A stretch of 64,000 bases of DNA from Podarcis tiliguerta (lineage: Eukaryota): NCBI GenBank assembly GCA_965153285.1, contig OZ229116.1; one strand, given 5' to 3'. Position numbers and translations under genes: made by a program. Below the pieces are notes generated by a model that saw only the letters and a program-made list of their open reading frames with translations, had not been told where the DNA came from and searched no databases. Positions 62,806-64,000 of the stretch are shown here, in pieces (position 1 is the stretch's first letter; the number at the start of each line of letters is the position of its first letter).

Positions 62806-64000
62806 TTCTACCCACTTGCTCACTAAGAAGCAATTTTGCTCCTGCCTTCCGGTATTCTGCCTGACAAAAGCACTGGAATAAACAAAAAGCAAATTCGGCC
62901 CCCTTTTTAAGTTTTAAAATGTTTTGCATCTTACTTTATAAATATGTAATACATTTAAATCACTTTAAATATTTTAGGCTACCTGCATTTATGTTCTTCC
63001 CTCTCTGCAGTGATTACCCATCTCCTTACCCCCCCAACCCCCCAGCCAATTAGTTATGAGCCTATTGAAACATCTTTTAAAAGGTGTTCATTAAATTGAT
63101 TTCCAAAATAAGGTTCCCACAGCTCTTTGGCTTCCGGTATCTTGGCTGCCTGCAGTGCTCAAATTACTTTTTGCAGACAATTTTCTTCAACTGGCTCCTT
63201 TGCTCTGCTTGTAAAAAGTCAGCCTTTCAAAGAACCACAAACAAGGCACCAAAACCAAACACAAAACAAACAAAAGCAAATAAATTAGGAGTGTAATTTG
63301 AGCTTTTTAAACGATACAAAAAATCAGAGGGGCAGGCATATATCCAAAACATTTCCTAATTCAGTTCACATAGCAAGGAAAAATATTAGTGTGACTTGTT
63401 CTGCTTTCTTAATATGCAAAATGGGGGCCCTTTAGCCTTTGCCATGCTTTAGTGTCTTTAAATGCTGGTAAGGAACTATGGCAATCCTATCTCAGGAACA
63501 ATGCAGCCCACTGCTAAGGAACTATGGTGGGGTTAGCCAATGAGGTGCCTTCCAATGCGGTTGGACTCCAACTCGCATCAGCCCTAGTCAACGTTGTCGA
63601 TCAGGGTAGCCATGTAACTGGATACAAATTCACTTCTTGTCAATGCACCTTGGTTCCAATAATCTGCAGAGTAAGAGGGAGACTAAAACTGGTTTGCCTA
63701 GTCTGAGTACTGGAGAGCGGGCATCTAAAGAACTTGCAAAGTAGCACTTTTGGACTTGGCTGGGTATCTGTTTTAGGATTTGGAGGTGCTAGATTGAAGT
63801 TGGTTTGGCACCAACATTCACCATGTACTTGCTTTTGTACTCCTGTAATTAACCTGCACATTTGTAAATAGATCATTACAAAGACACCATCAATCTACAT
63901 ATCCCCTTCAGAGGAAATTTGCCCTGTAGAGGCCATCTTGACCTTCCCAAGAGGATTGTGAGACAAAGTATACTGAGCTGGTAAGATCACTTTGAAGCTG

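Larger units (their letters stand above)
31159..64000 (-). other. KCNB2: KCNB2 large intron (upstream T1-domain exon lies beyond the window)
   Basis: No T1-domain coding sequence seen. The region is repeat-rich and non-coding. Kv2 genes have two coding exons split at this position. Confidence 0.85.

Overview
Eukaryotic DNA from a squamate, most likely a lacertid lizard, judged from Sauria/POM-type SINEs and lizard-type MITEs. Two protein-coding genes lie on the minus strand, in the same order as the mammalian KCNB2-TERF1 locus. (1) A complete 9-coding-exon TERF1 (TRF1) runs from ATG 11140 to TAA 1038. I reconstructed it by hand from GT-AG junctions as 1131 nt / 376 aa, with a TRFH domain, a C-terminal telobox Myb domain and a CpG-island promoter at about 10.7-11.4 kb. 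(2) The large terminal coding exon of KCNB2 (Kv2.2) spans 31158-28987. Its 3'UTR lies to the left, and about 33 kb of its large intron fills 31159-64000. The rest is non-coding and rich in transposon relics: hAT MITEs with perfect 8-bp TSDs, Tc1/mariner MITEs with TA TSDs, Sauria SINEs with 14-bp TSDs, CORE-type SINEs, L2/CR1 fragments and LTR-like pieces. The most notable non-genic signal is a minimal type-I hammerhead ribozyme motif (52962-52999). It sits in a TSD-flanked Penelope-like fragment and is in sense orientation within the KCNB2 intron. Other leads are apparent remodelling of the TRF1 peptide-docking site, a stop-introducing alternative donor after TERF1 exon 6, and a possible ~7.8 kb KCNB2 3'UTR. 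No wholly new multi-gene system is supported, and nearly all short ORFs in the track are spurious. Comparisons to human proteins and repeat-family names are from memory, not from a search.
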